Source: Solirubrobacterales bacterium (lineage in GTDB: Bacteria; Actinomycetota; Thermoleophilia; Solirubrobacterales; JBBDJG01). Taken from it: DNA of 64,000 bases. Below, piece by piece: positions 17,608 through 27,353 of this stretch. Every line of letters starts with the position of its first letter. Within the stretch, counting starts at the first letter, position 1. Below the pieces are notes generated by a model, which was not told the origin of the DNA, ran no database searches, and saw nothing but the letters and a program-made list of their open reading frames with translations. The DNA is taken from contig JBBDJG010000015.1 in NCBI GenBank assembly GCA_040880005.1, positions 61,588-125,587 on the forward strand, written 5' to 3'. Position numbers and translations under genes: made by a program.

Positions 17608-19626
17608 ATGGCCGGTCGGAAACAATCGAGAGAACGACCAGAGGCGGGCGTCCTTCCGCCTGCAGCGCGAAGTCAGGGGCGCCCGGAGGAGCCCGAAGCC
17701 CGTAAACTGCGGCAGATGCTCCAGGCACTGCCATCCCGGCTGCCGTCGCCCCGCGACCCCGTCTGGCGGCACCGTCTGTTCCAACTCCTGGTCGATGCCG
17801 GGCTGGTTGCCCTCGCCTACTTCCTGGCCTACCTGCTGCGCTTCGACGAGGGAATTCCGCGTCGCTACGGCGAGCTCCTCGGGGCGACGATCGTGTTCGT
17901 CGTCGTGGGCAAGATCGCGATCTTCTACGCATTCGGCCTTTACGACAAGTGGTGGCGCTACGCTGGGCTGCGCGACTTCGAGTCGATCCTGAAGGCCTGT
18001 GTCGTCGCGAGCCTGGTGCTGGTCGGCGTTCTCTTTGTGTGGTCCCCGACCGACAACGAGCTGCCGAGGTCGGTCGCGGCGATGGATCTGTTGCTGACCA
18101 TCGCGCTGATCACCGGCGCGAGGTTCATCGTGCGGGCGGTGATCGAGCGGCCGCCGCGTGGCGCGGTGATACCGAAAGGCCAGGAGGTCCTGATCATCGG
18201 TGCCGGCGAGGCCGGTCAGCTGATCGTGCGTGAGATGCGACGCAGCCCCGAGCTGCGTCAGACGCCGATCGGTTTCGTTGACGACGATCCACGCAAACGG
18301 GGCATGCGTATTTTCGGGTTGAAGGTGCTCGGCACGACGCGCGATCTAGAGCGGCTGCTGGACGAGGTCGAGCCGGACGAGGTGATCATCGCGATCCCTT
18401 CCGCTCCGGGAATCGTGCGCGAGCGGGTTGTGCGCTCCTGCAGGGAAAGGGACATCCTCGTACGGACGCTCCCGGGTGTGTTCGAGTTGATCTCGGGCTC
18501 GGTCAACCTGATGCGGCAGGTGCGGGAGGTCCAGGTCGAGGACATCCTGGGACGCCAGCCGATCAAAGTCGAGATCGGCGAGACGGGCTCGTATTTGAGC
18601 GAGCGGACCGTGCTCGTAACGGGTGCGGGAGGCTCGATCGGGGCCGAGCTGTGCCGGCAGATCGCGCACGTCAAGCCGCGCCTTCTGGTGATGGTCGATC
18701 ACGCCGAGGACAACCTGTTCGAGATCGAGCGTGAGCTGCTCTCGGACCGGCACTTCACGGGATGCGAGTCGATCCTGGCCGACTGCAAGGACACCGAGCG
18801 CATGGTCGAGGTGATGCAGCGGTTCCACCCGGATGTGATCTTCCACGCGGCTGCCTACAAGCACGTTGCGCTGACCGAGGACAACCCGCTCGAGGCCGTG
18901 CGCAACAACACGATTGGCACCCAGGTGGTGGCGACGGCTGCGGCGGATGCCGGCGCCGATCTGTTCGTGCTCGTGTCCACCGACAAGGCCGTCAGGCCGA
19001 TCACGGCGCTGGGAGGTTCGAAGGCGATTGCCGAGTGGATCGTGGATGCATGCGAGTATCGCTACCCGGATACGTCTTTTTGCTCGGTGCGGTTCGGCAA
19101 CGTGCTCGGGTCGAGTGGCAGCGTTGTGCCGCTGTTCCGGCGCCAGATCGAGAAGGGGGGACCGGTGACGGTCACACACCCCGACATGGCGCGTTATTTC
19201 ATGACGATTCCGGAGGCGGTGCAGCTGATCATCCGGTCCGGGAAGCTGAGCACGGGAGGCGAGGTGTTCGTGCTCGAGATGGGTGAGCAGGTACGGATCA
19301 TCGATCTGGCTCGCAACATGATCCGGCTTTCGGGACAGGAGGTCGATCGGGACATCCGCATCGAGATCGTCGGGCCGCGCCCGGGTGAGAAGCTGCGCGA
19401 GGAGCTGTTCAACGAGGACGAGCAGCCGGTCGCGACCGAGGCCGACCGGATCGTGAAGGTCGAGCGCGAGTCGCTCGACCCCGACCGGGTCGACGCGGTG
19501 ATCGATCAGGTGGGGAGGCTTGTCGAGCACGGTGACGAGGCGTTCCTGGCGCAGCGCATCGCGGAGCTGGCGAGACTTCCGCGGCAACAGGCGGTCAAGG
19601 ACCTCAACGCGCTGATCGAACGCTGA
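17608..19626 (+). CDS. CapD/PglF/WbpM-type membrane-bound nucleotide-sugar 4,6-dehydratase
   Basis: Track ORF 16984..19626 trimmed (the upstream part is antisense to dedA). ATG 17608 or ATG 17716 are candidate starts. N-terminal TM helices, then VLIIGAGEAGQ and VLVTGAGGSIGAEL Rossmann motifs and SDR catalytic region. Confidence 0.85.
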   Translation: MAGRKQSRERPEAGVLPPAARSQGRPEEPEARKLRQMLQALPSRLPSPRDPVWRHRLFQLLVDAGLVALAYFLAYLLRFDEGIPRRYGELLGATIVFVVVGKIAIFYAFGLYDKWWRYAGLRDFESILKACVVASLVLVGVLFVWSPTDNELPRSVAAMDLLLTIALITGARFIVRAVIERPPRGAVIPKGQEVLIIGAGEAGQLIVREMRRSPELRQTPIGFVDDDPRKRGMRIFGLKVLGTTRDLERLLDEVEPDEVIIAIPSAPGIVRERVVRSCRERDILVRTLPGVFELISGSVNLMRQVREVQVEDILGRQPIKVEIGETGSYLSERTVLVTGAGGSIGAELCRQIAHVKPRLLVMVDHAEDNLFEIERELLSDRHFTGCESILADCKDTERMVEVMQRFHPDVIFHAAAYKHVALTEDNPLEAVRNNTIGTQVVATAAADAGADLFVLVSTDKAVRPITALGGSKAIAEWIVDACEYRYPDTSFCSVRFGNVLGSSGSVVPLFRRQIEKGGPVTVTHPDMARYFMTIPEAVQLIIRSGKLSTGGEVFVLEMGEQVRIIDLARNMIRLSGQEVDRDIRIEIVGPRPGEKLREELFNEDEQPVATEADRIVKVERESLDPDRVDAVIDQVGRLVEHGDEAFLAQRIAELARLPRQQAVKDLNALIER

Positions 19627-20807
19627 TGGCAGACGCACTGGTCGTTGCGAGCATCGTCGAGCGCCTGGGAGCGTACGTCGGCTTTCTTGCGCTGGTCGGA
19701 CTGGCGATTCTGGCGCTGCTCTACTTCTCGCAGGCACGCGACGTGCGACGGTTGCGCGAGTGGGCCGGCCGGGCCCCCGAGCGGGCGGCCGAGGCCGAGC
19801 AACGCGCGGCTCAGGTGCTCGCGCAGCCCCAGCAGCAGGCCGTTGTGCGCCGCGCTGCCGCGCCGGCCGCGACCGCCGGCGCGGCGTCGGCCACCGCCAC
19901 CGCGGCTTCCCCGAGTGCTCCTGCGACGGCGGCGGGGCGGGCGGCCGTCGCCGGCACCACGCAAACTGCCGCCGGCCCCGGCCGGGTCGCGGAGGGGGAG
20001 CAGGCCGCTCCGCCCGAGCAGGCTGAAACGGAGGGGGAGAGCCTGGAGCAGGAGGAACTGGAGGCTGAGCCCGGGCACGAGCTGGAGGAGCAAGGGCAGG
20101 AGCAAGGGCAGGAACAGGAGATCGTCCCAGAGGCGGACGGCCTCGACTACGAAGAGGTCGAGCAGGACGAGGAAGCGATCGTGGCGGCGACCGGTGGCAA
20201 CGCTCACGCGGTTACGGACCAGCCGACCGTTGCGCAGGAGTCGTTGCAACCGCTGGCGCCCGAGCACTACCTTCCGGGCACCGCGTATCGCGACGCGAGC
20301 CCGCGCAGGCGCAAGCCTCTGCGCCGTCGCTTGCGCAACATCTACATCCCACAGTTGCGCTACATCGTCGCGGGCGTTGCCGTCGCAGCATTGTTCGTGC
20401 TGGGCGTCGGATCGATCGCGGGCGTGATCGATATCGGCGGCGGGTCGGACGAGAGTGGCGGCAAGTCCAAGAAGGCACAGGGTCCCCAGCAGAGCGGTCA
20501 GGCCGCGAACGTCGATCCTTCGCAGGTGACGGTGGCCGTGCTCAACGGCACGACGGTGACCGGCCTCGCCTATCGCGTCAGCCAGGAGGCGGAATCGAGC
20601 GGCTTCACACTCGGAAACGTGACCAACGCCGCCACCACCGACCAGCAGGGGTCGGAGGTTCTGTACGCGCCCGGTCAGAAAGGTGCCGCGCGTGCGGTGG
20701 CGGATCGCCTCGGAATATCGACGGTCACTCCGGTCGATTCGGTCAATGCGGAGATCGCCGGGTCGGCCGACGCGGTCGTGCTGGTCGGGGCAGACCGAAG
20801 CGAGTGA
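19626..20807 (+). CDS. membrane protein with acidic/Ala-rich low-complexity linker and LytR_C-type C-terminal domain
   Basis: 393 aa. ATG overlaps the capD-like TGA by 1 nt. Two TM segments. E/Q/A-rich region includes a 12-nt tandem GAGCAAGGGCAG x2 at 20088-20111. C-terminal VTVAVLNGTTVTGLAYRV...VLVGADR matches the LytR C-terminal domain pattern. Confidence 0.7.
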   Translation: MADALVVASIVERLGAYVGFLALVGLAILALLYFSQARDVRRLREWAGRAPERAAEAEQRAAQVLAQPQQQAVVRRAAAPAATAGAASATATAASPSAPATAAGRAAVAGTTQTAAGPGRVAEGEQAAPPEQAETEGESLEQEELEAEPGHELEEQGQEQGQEQEIVPEADGLDYEEVEQDEEAIVAATGGNAHAVTDQPTVAQESLQPLAPEHYLPGTAYRDASPRRRKPLRRRLRNIYIPQLRYIVAGVAVAALFVLGVGSIAGVIDIGGGSDESGGKSKKAQGPQQSGQAANVDPSQVTVAVLNGTTVTGLAYRVSQEAESSGFTLGNVTNAATTDQQGSEVLYAPGQKGAARAVADRLGISTVTPVDSVNAEIAGSADAVVLVGADRSE

Positions 20808-22597
20808 CGAAGCGGCGACCGGGCGCGCTGGCGATCCAGTGCGTGTTCGCGGCGCTCGTGGTCGCCACGTTTGCCGCGTTCTTCGCGACGACGCGCCTCA
20901 AACGATCGCCGCCGGTCGTCCAGGAGCTGGCGGTCCGGCGCCACTTCTCCCCCAATGTCGACGGGCGCCTCGATGTCGCGCCGGTGCGGTTCAGGCTGCG
21001 ACGCAGCGATGACGTGACGGTCTTGATCGTCTCGCGGGATGGCGAGCAGGTTGCAACGCTGGCGGACGACGTGAGGTTGGGAAAGGGCGGGCATCGCTTC
21101 GTCTGGAACGGGCGCGCCGACGACGATCGGATTGCGCCCGACGGCGTCTATTACGCGCGAGTCGTGCTGCGACATCAGGGGCGCGTCGTCACCTCGCCGC
21201 GCAAGCTGTTTCTCGACACGACCGGTCCCAGCTCGATCGTCCGCTACGTTTCGCCCGACGCGATCACGCCGGGCGTGCCGGGCGCAGAGCGAGCGCGCGT
21301 GCGTTTCACCGGCCCGACCAGAATCGCGCCGACGCTACTGGTCTATCGCACGAACGAACGGCCGGGTGTTCGACCGCTCCTGGTCGCACGCCGCGCAGGC
21401 AAGAGGGACGATCCCAACCTGAGCTGGGACGGCCGCGTCGGGCTCGGCCGCGATACGCGACTCGCCCCCGCAGGCAACTACTTGATGGTGGTTCGGACCC
21501 GCGATGCCGCTGGCAACGACGGCCCGGAAGGTCCGCCACGCACGGCCGCTGAGGTGCGCGGAAATCCGGGCGTGGTCGTGCGCTACCTGGCCGCTGTCGC
21601 GCCTCGCGACCGTGTGAACGCGGGTGGCGTCGCCCGGTTCGCGGTGCTTGCGGCTGGGCGGCGCTACCGCTGGAGCGTGAGCAGAGTTGGCTCGAGCCGC
21701 CCGCAGAAGCGTGGCCGCTCGAGCGATCGTACACTGCGGGTTGGCGTCCCGCGGCGCTCTCGTACCGGCGCCTACCTGCTCGAGCTGACGCTCGACGAAC
21801 ACCGTTACGCGACGCCGTTTGCGGTGCAGGGAAGGGGCCGCGAGCCCGTGCTGGTGGTGTTGCCGGTGGCGAGCTGGATCGCGCGGGACCCGATCGATTC
21901 CGACGGCGACGGCTATTCGGACACGCTGCCCCAAAGTGACAGCGTGCCGGCATCGCGCCCGATCGCCGGATCCGGGCTGCCAGGCGGTTTCGAAACGTCG
22001 CTCGTGCCCGCGCTCGAGTTCCTGGACAGGGCGAAGCTGCGCTACGACATCGCCAGCGACCTCGATCGGCGTTTTGCCCGGCTGCTCGATCGCCACCCGG
22101 GTGTGCTCTATGCGGCGTCGCCGCGTGTCGAGACGACCACCGCGCTCGGTTCCCTGCGATCGCACATGCGCGCGGGCGGTCAGCTCGCATGGCTTGGCAC
22201 GGGAGGCTTTGTAACGGACGCTCGAGTCGAGAAGGACGCGTTCGTGCGGGTGCCCTCACCGCCGGGCGCAAACTCGTTCGGCGAGCGGCTGCGGATCGAC
22301 CCGGCCGGTGGCCCACTGTCCGTGGGCGCGAATCGCAACGGCCTGTTTGAGAACGTGCCATCTCCGTTCGGCCCGTTCGCGTCGCTCGAGCTGGCGCAAT
22401 CGGTGCCGAAAGGGGCGCAACGGACGGCGGCGGCCGGCCCGCCGGACCAGGGACCCGCGATCGTGTCCTACCGCATGGGCGCCGGTGGCTTCACCCGCGT
22501 CGGCGCGGCAGACTTCGGGCAGTCGCTGCGGGCGGACGGCGGCCTGCCGTCAAGCGCCCAGATAATGCGCAACCTATGGAACCTGCTGCGTTCCTAG
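20804..22597 (+). CDS. membrane-anchored hypothetical protein with FlgD-Ig-like N-terminal domain
   Basis: 597 aa. GTGA overlap with the upstream gene. TM helix CVFAALVVATFAAFFA. VTVLIVSRDGEQVATL...GHRFVWNGRADDDRIAPDGVYYARVVL resembles the FlgD Ig-like fold. The rest is unassigned. Confidence 0.6.
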   Translation: MTKRRPGALAIQCVFAALVVATFAAFFATTRLKRSPPVVQELAVRRHFSPNVDGRLDVAPVRFRLRRSDDVTVLIVSRDGEQVATLADDVRLGKGGHRFVWNGRADDDRIAPDGVYYARVVLRHQGRVVTSPRKLFLDTTGPSSIVRYVSPDAITPGVPGAERARVRFTGPTRIAPTLLVYRTNERPGVRPLLVARRAGKRDDPNLSWDGRVGLGRDTRLAPAGNYLMVVRTRDAAGNDGPEGPPRTAAEVRGNPGVVVRYLAAVAPRDRVNAGGVARFAVLAAGRRYRWSVSRVGSSRPQKRGRSSDRTLRVGVPRRSRTGAYLLELTLDEHRYATPFAVQGRGREPVLVVLPVASWIARDPIDSDGDGYSDTLPQSDSVPASRPIAGSGLPGGFETSLVPALEFLDRAKLRYDIASDLDRRFARLLDRHPGVLYAASPRVETTTALGSLRSHMRAGGQLAWLGTGGFVTDARVEKDAFVRVPSPPGANSFGERLRIDPAGGPLSVGANRNGLFENVPSPFGPFASLELAQSVPKGAQRTAAAGPPDQGPAIVSYRMGAGGFTRVGAADFGQSLRADGGLPSSAQIMRNLWNLLRS

Positions 22598-24183
22598 CAT
22601 CCGCGCTGCCGGAGCTCGGCGTGCTGGCCGCCGCTGCGTGCGCGGCGATGGCGCTCGTTGCGCGCGACGATCGATGTCGCTCCGAGGCGATGGTTGCCGC
22701 CCTCGTGCTGGCCGCGGTCGTGCTGGTCGGGCACATACACGACACCGAGCAGTTCCGCGACATCAGCGGTAGCCCCTCTCGCTTGCTTGCGGCGATCGTG
22801 ATCGGCACCGGCGCCATCGTCGCGCTGGCAACGCTGTTCACACGCAGCTCGCATGCGTTTGCGCTGATCGCGATCGCGGTGCTGCCGTTTCGCGTTCCGG
22901 TCGCCGCGGCGGGGACCACGGCGAATTTGCTGGTGCCCCTGTACTTCGTGATCGCGGGCGGTTGCGCAGCCAGCCTGTGGGCGCGCATGCATCGGTCGGG
23001 CGAAGTGCAACGGCGCGAGCGCAGCGGTTTGGAGATCGCACTCGCGGCGTTCATCGTCGTCTACACGCTCCAGGCGCTGTACTCGCGCGACTTCGACGTC
23101 GCACTCGAGCAGGTCGTGTTCTTCCTGGTGCCGTTCGCCGTCCTGTTCCGACTGCTCACGCAGGTGACTTGGACGCGCACGCTGATCGTGCGGTGCCTGG
23201 CGGTGCTGGTCGTGGAGGCGCTCGTGTTCAGCGCGATCGGGTTCTGGGAGTACGACCGCCGCGAGCTTTTCTGGAACCCGAAGGTGATCGCCTCCAACCA
23301 GTTCGACTCGTTCTTCCGCGTCAACTCGGTCTTCTGGGATCCGAACATCTACGGGCGCTTCCTCGTGCTGACGATGTTGGGGCTGGTCGCGCTGATGCTC
23401 TGGAGCGGCCGCACAAGAGTCGCAATCGGCACGGCCGCCGCCTTGGCGGTGCTTTGGGGCGGTCTCGTGCTGACGTTCTCCCAGTCGAGCTTTGTCGCAC
23501 TGCTTGCCGGCCTCGCGGTGCTTGCGGCGTTGCGATGGAACGTGCGCAAGACGCTGCTCGCAGCCGGCGCTGCCCTGGCCACCGGGCTCGTTTTCGTGCT
23601 GGCCTTCCAAGGTGCGCTCAACATCGAGCTTGGCAGCTCGGCGGGCGTCGACAAGGTCACGAGCGGCCGCGGCACCTTGATCAGTGGCGGGCTGTCGCTG
23701 TTCGGCGATCGGCCCGTGTGGGGCTACGGCTCGGGCGCGTTCGGCCGTGCCTACCGGCAGGAGCAGCACGGCAATCAGCAGCAGTCGGTCTCGGCCTCGC
23801 ACACGCTGCCAGTCACGGTCGCGGCGGAGCAGGGACTGATCGGGTTGGCCGCCTACGCGCTGGTGATGATCTGCGCGCTCTTTGCGTTACTCGGCAACGA
23901 TCGCCACCGCAGCGCGGTAAGCGAGCGCGGCCCGCCCCAACCCTCGGCAGAGCGCTCCGACGCGGATGCGGCGGAGCCAGTTGTTCTTCTGCCCGCCCGC
24001 GCCGCGATCGCGGCTGCGTTCGTCGCACTGCTCGTGCACACAATGGCCTACGCGGCGTTCCTGGAGGACCCGTTCGCGTGGGTGCTGATGGCCGCCGGGC
24101 TTTCACTCGCGGCACTCGCAGGACAGAAGAACCGCGAGGCCGAGCCATCCCTCCACAAACCCGTCATTCCGCTTGCGGAATGA
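22576..24183 (+). CDS. O-antigen ligase/polymerase family (Wzy_C) membrane protein
   Basis: 535 aa, more than 10 predicted TM helices. Central loop TFSQSSFVALLAGLAVL...GRGTLISGGLSLFGDRPVWGYGSGAF...SASHTLPVTVAAEQGLIG is typical of the family. Confidence 0.8.
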   Translation: MEPAAFLASALPELGVLAAAACAAMALVARDDRCRSEAMVAALVLAAVVLVGHIHDTEQFRDISGSPSRLLAAIVIGTGAIVALATLFTRSSHAFALIAIAVLPFRVPVAAAGTTANLLVPLYFVIAGGCAASLWARMHRSGEVQRRERSGLEIALAAFIVVYTLQALYSRDFDVALEQVVFFLVPFAVLFRLLTQVTWTRTLIVRCLAVLVVEALVFSAIGFWEYDRRELFWNPKVIASNQFDSFFRVNSVFWDPNIYGRFLVLTMLGLVALMLWSGRTRVAIGTAAALAVLWGGLVLTFSQSSFVALLAGLAVLAALRWNVRKTLLAAGAALATGLVFVLAFQGALNIELGSSAGVDKVTSGRGTLISGGLSLFGDRPVWGYGSGAFGRAYRQEQHGNQQQSVSASHTLPVTVAAEQGLIGLAAYALVMICALFALLGNDRHRSAVSERGPPQPSAERSDADAAEPVVLLPARAAIAAAFVALLVHTMAYAAFLEDPFAWVLMAAGLSLAALAGQKNREAEPSLHKPVIPLAE

Positions 24184-24210
24184 CGGCCTTTCTCCGAATC
24201 GTGAATTCCG

Positions 24211-25743
24211 ATGTTTGAATACCTGAGACGCCTGGCAACGACCGGCGCGTCCTACAGCGCGTCGAGCGTCATATCGAAGCTGTTCGCGGTCGCGTTGCTG
24301 CCGGTCTATACGCGCCACCTGACGACGGCCGACTACGGAGCGGCCGAGGTGCTGCTCTCGGCGGCGGTCGCGTTCAGCATCCTGTTCAGGCTCGGAATCG
24401 TGGAAGCGCTGCTGCGTTACTACTATCGCTTCGACGAGCCTGAGCAGCGCGATCGCGTGGTGCGGACCTCGTTCGCGTTCCTGCTCGCCACCACGACCGT
24501 GGGTGCGTTGCTCATCGCCGCGTTCGCGGGCCCGCTGTCGGAGTTCCTGTTGCGCGATCGCGACACGCAGCTGATGCTGATCGCGGTCTTCGGTCTGTGG
24601 GTCTTCACGCTCTACGAGATGCTGATGGCGCTGTTCAGGCTCGACGAACGGGCTCGCGACTACTTCCTGGCGAGCATCGCGAACGTGGCGCTGACGATCG
24701 CCTTGACGGTGTGGCTGGTCGTGTTCCGCGACGAGGGTGCCAGAGGGCTGCTGTTGGGGAACTTCTGCGGCAGCGCCGTGATCGGGATCGCGTTGGGAGT
24801 AATCCACCGTCGCAGGCTCGCGCTGGTGCCCTCGGGTGACCTGCTGCGCCCGATGCTGCGCTTTGGCCTGCCGACGATGCCGGCCGAACTGTCGCTGTAC
24901 GCGCTCAACTTCGTCGATCGCATCGCGCTGACGCGCTACGTGGGGCTCGCCGAGGCCGGCCTGTACGCGCTGGCGGTCAAGTTCAGCCAGGTCGTGACCG
25001 TGTTCGCGCGGGCGTTCAATCTGGCCTGGCCGCCACTCGCCTACTCGATCGAAGACGACGAACGCGCAAGACGCGCCTACTCGCTGATCGTCACCTACTT
25101 CCTGCTGCTGGCCGCGACCGTGACGCTCGCCCTCTCGCTGGAGGCGCGCTGGGTCGTGCGCCTGCTTGCGGCACCCGAGTTCTTCGACGCCTGGAAGGCG
25201 ATCCCACTCGTCTCGACCGGCGTGACGCTGTACGCATTGTTCCTCGTGCTGTCGGTGACCGTGGGCAGGATCGGCCGCACCGAGTTCAACTTCCCCGTCA
25301 CCGCTGCTGCACTCGCCGTCAACGTTGCGCTGAACGTGGCGCTCGTGCCGTCCCACGGCATTGTCGGCGCCGGGTTGGCGCTGGTCGGCGCGTACGTGGT
25401 GATGCTCACGCTGATGTATGGGGTCACGCGCCGCCTTTTCCCGCTGCCGCTCGAATGGGGGCGGCTGGCCCGCATCGTCGTTCTCGCAGGCGCGCTGTAC
25501 GGGCTGGCCGAGGCGCTGTTGCCGACCGCCAGCGCTGTCGGACTGCTCGAGCGCGCCGCGCTCGTCCCCGCGTTCTGGGCGCTGCTCTACGTGAGCGGCT
25601 TCCTGCACGCGGTGGAAGTGGAGCGACTGCGGTCGCTCGGCGGGCGGCTGCGCGGGCGCGAGCCGGAGTTAGAGGCGGCGGAGGACCTCGAAGCCCTGAG
25701 CAGCAGCACGGACCTGATGGACGAGATGCACGATCCCCAGTAA
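24211..25743 (+). CDS. Wzx-type oligosaccharide flippase (MOP/polysaccharide biosynthesis protein family)
   Basis: 510 aa, ~14 TM helices. N-terminus ...ASYSASSVISKLFAVALLPVYTRHLTTADYGAAEV is typical of Wzx/MOP exporters. Confidence 0.8.
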   Translation: MFEYLRRLATTGASYSASSVISKLFAVALLPVYTRHLTTADYGAAEVLLSAAVAFSILFRLGIVEALLRYYYRFDEPEQRDRVVRTSFAFLLATTTVGALLIAAFAGPLSEFLLRDRDTQLMLIAVFGLWVFTLYEMLMALFRLDERARDYFLASIANVALTIALTVWLVVFRDEGARGLLLGNFCGSAVIGIALGVIHRRRLALVPSGDLLRPMLRFGLPTMPAELSLYALNFVDRIALTRYVGLAEAGLYALAVKFSQVVTVFARAFNLAWPPLAYSIEDDERARRAYSLIVTYFLLLAATVTLALSLEARWVVRLLAAPEFFDAWKAIPLVSTGVTLYALFLVLSVTVGRIGRTEFNFPVTAAALAVNVALNVALVPSHGIVGAGLALVGAYVVMLTLMYGVTRRLFPLPLEWGRLARIVVLAGALYGLAEALLPTASAVGLLERAALVPAFWALLYVSGFLHAVEVERLRSLGGRLRGREPELEAAEDLEALSSSTDLMDEMHDPQ

Positions 25744-26556
25744 CGCGACCAGCACGCTGCGCGCAACCGTTGCGGTGACCGACGGATAGTTGCCATCGGC
25801 GCAGCTCACGAGCAGGTCGATCGCGACGGCGAGCGTCAGCAGGTTGACGAAGCCGGGGAACACGAGCAGCTGCCCGAGGTTGGTGAAGCGCTTCCAGAGC
25901 ACGCCCGATCCCCGCGCCCCCTCGCGGCGCTGCTCGTACTCGGCCTCCAGATCGAGCTGCTCTGGGTCGCCGCCCTGGCGCGCCAGCACGGCGCGCAGGA
26001 ACCCGTCCGAGTCGCGCAGTCCGGGCCGGTCCCGGTAGAGGCCGAGCAGCACGTGGTCGCGCGCCGAGTAGGCGATGCGCACCGTGCTGAGGATCGCGAC
26101 CAGTGCGGCCGCCAGCAGCCACTCGTGACCGCTCTGATGGAATGCGCCGTAGGCCAGCGCCGCGATCGCGATCGCCGGCACGTAGTAGTGACCGATCCAA
26201 TCGAGATAGGCGCCGCCGGCGTTGGTCTCCCGCTGTTCGACCTGCGCCCGGTAACGCGCGACTTCCCCGTCCGAGTAGTCGATCACGAACGAGAGCTGGA
26301 GCAGGGCAAGCGCCGCAATCAGAGGCCAGAAGGAATTCCAGGCGAGCAGGAACGCGCCGCAGATGCCGAGCCCGACCCCCAGCATCGTGACCTGGTTGGC
26401 GCTGACGCGGGTGTGCAGCAACAGCCAGGTGAGGCGAATCGAGACCTTGCGCAGGATCACCGCGTAGGCGATGCGCAGGTTTCGCCTGGCCACGGGATCA
26501 CGCCCTTCTCCGCCGCAGATCCGCTCCAGCTCGCTGACTCCGGGCACTGCCATCAT
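25669..26556 (-). CDS. CDP-alcohol phosphotransferase family membrane protein (variant motif)
   Basis: Track ORF 25669..26772 trimmed to ATGATG at 26551-26556 (MMAVPGVSEL...). Motif DYSDGEVAR-x12-GAYLDWIGH equals DxxDGxxAR...GxxxDxxxH, so the last Asp of the canonical motif is His and the spacer is longer than usual. Confidence 0.75.
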   Translation of the reverse strand: MMAVPGVSELERICGGEGRDPVARRNLRIAYAVILRKVSIRLTWLLLHTRVSANQVTMLGVGLGICGAFLLAWNSFWPLIAALALLQLSFVIDYSDGEVARYRAQVEQRETNAGGAYLDWIGHYYVPAIAIAALAYGAFHQSGHEWLLAAALVAILSTVRIAYSARDHVLLGLYRDRPGLRDSDGFLRAVLARQGGDPEQLDLEAEYEQRREGARGSGVLWKRFTNLGQLLVFPGFVNLLTLAVAIDLLVSCADGNYPSVTATVARSVLVALLGIVHLVHQVRAAAQGFEVLRRL

Positions 26557-26585
26557 GTTGGGGCGGCCACCGTAGGTGGACGCTC

Positions 26586-27353
26586 GTGACTGAGGTGTTC
26601 GGCGAAGCCGACCATGCTTTAAGCCTATTGTTCCCTTCCGTGACGCAAATCCTTCCTGCCATATATCTGGCCGCCGGCGAAGGCAGACGACTGCGCCCAC
26701 TGACTGACGAGCAACCCAAGGCGATGCTCGAGATCGGCGGCGCCACGCTTGCCGAACGCGCACTGCGCGCACTGCGCGGGGCCGGTGTCGAGCGGGTCGT
26801 GGCCGTCACCGGGCACGCTCGTGAAAAGCTTGACGAGGTCGATGGCCTGCTCTCCGAGCAGGTCTTCAATCCGCACTTCGCCGATGCCAACAACGTCTAT
26901 TCGCTGTGGTGCGCACGCGACGTCGTGAGCGGCGGTTGCTACATCATCAACTCCGACGTGCTGTTCGAGCGGGCGATTGCGGACCGGCTCGTGAGCGCGT
27001 CCGGCAGCGCCGTGCTGTGCGCGTCAGATCACGGCGCCGATCACGAGTCGATGAAGGCCGTTTCGCGCGACGGTCGCCTGGTCCAGCTGTCGAAGGCGGC
27101 GCCGTCGGAGGGCAACCCCGAGTACATCGGCCTGACGCGCATCGATCCGAGCGAGGGCCCGCCGCTCGTGTCGATCCTGGAGCGGATCGTCGCCGACGAG
27201 CTGACCGACGTGTACTACGAAGACGCGCTCAACGACCTCGCGGCGGAGGCGGCCGTCGGCATCGTGCCGGTGGACGGTCTGGCGTGGATCGAGATCGACG
27301 ACACTGACGACCTCACGCGCGCCCGCGGGGAGATACTGGAGCGCGTCGGATGA
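26586..27353 (+). CDS. nucleotidyltransferase (NTP_transf_3 / cytidylyltransferase-like)
   Basis: 255 aa (alternative GTG start 26640). Signature AIYLAAGEGRRLRPLTDEQPKAMLEIGG. C-terminal WIEIDDTDDL. The fold family includes IPCT/LicC-type cytidylyltransferases. Confidence 0.75.
   Translation: MTEVFGEADHALSLLFPSVTQILPAIYLAAGEGRRLRPLTDEQPKAMLEIGGATLAERALRALRGAGVERVVAVTGHAREKLDEVDGLLSEQVFNPHFADANNVYSLWCARDVVSGGCYIINSDVLFERAIADRLVSASGSAVLCASDHGADHESMKAVSRDGRLVQLSKAAPSEGNPEYIGLTRIDPSEGPPLVSILERIVADELTDVYYEDALNDLAAEAAVGIVPVDGLAWIEIDDTDDLTRARGEILERVG

Noticed and set aside
22594-25608. Long minus-strand ORFs 22594..23802 and 24103..25608 opposite the O-antigen ligase and flippase genes.
   Set aside because: The translations are extremely rich in R/H/Q/D/E, which is the mirror image of hydrophobic membrane-protein codons. 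The plus-strand products are coherent multi-TM proteins.
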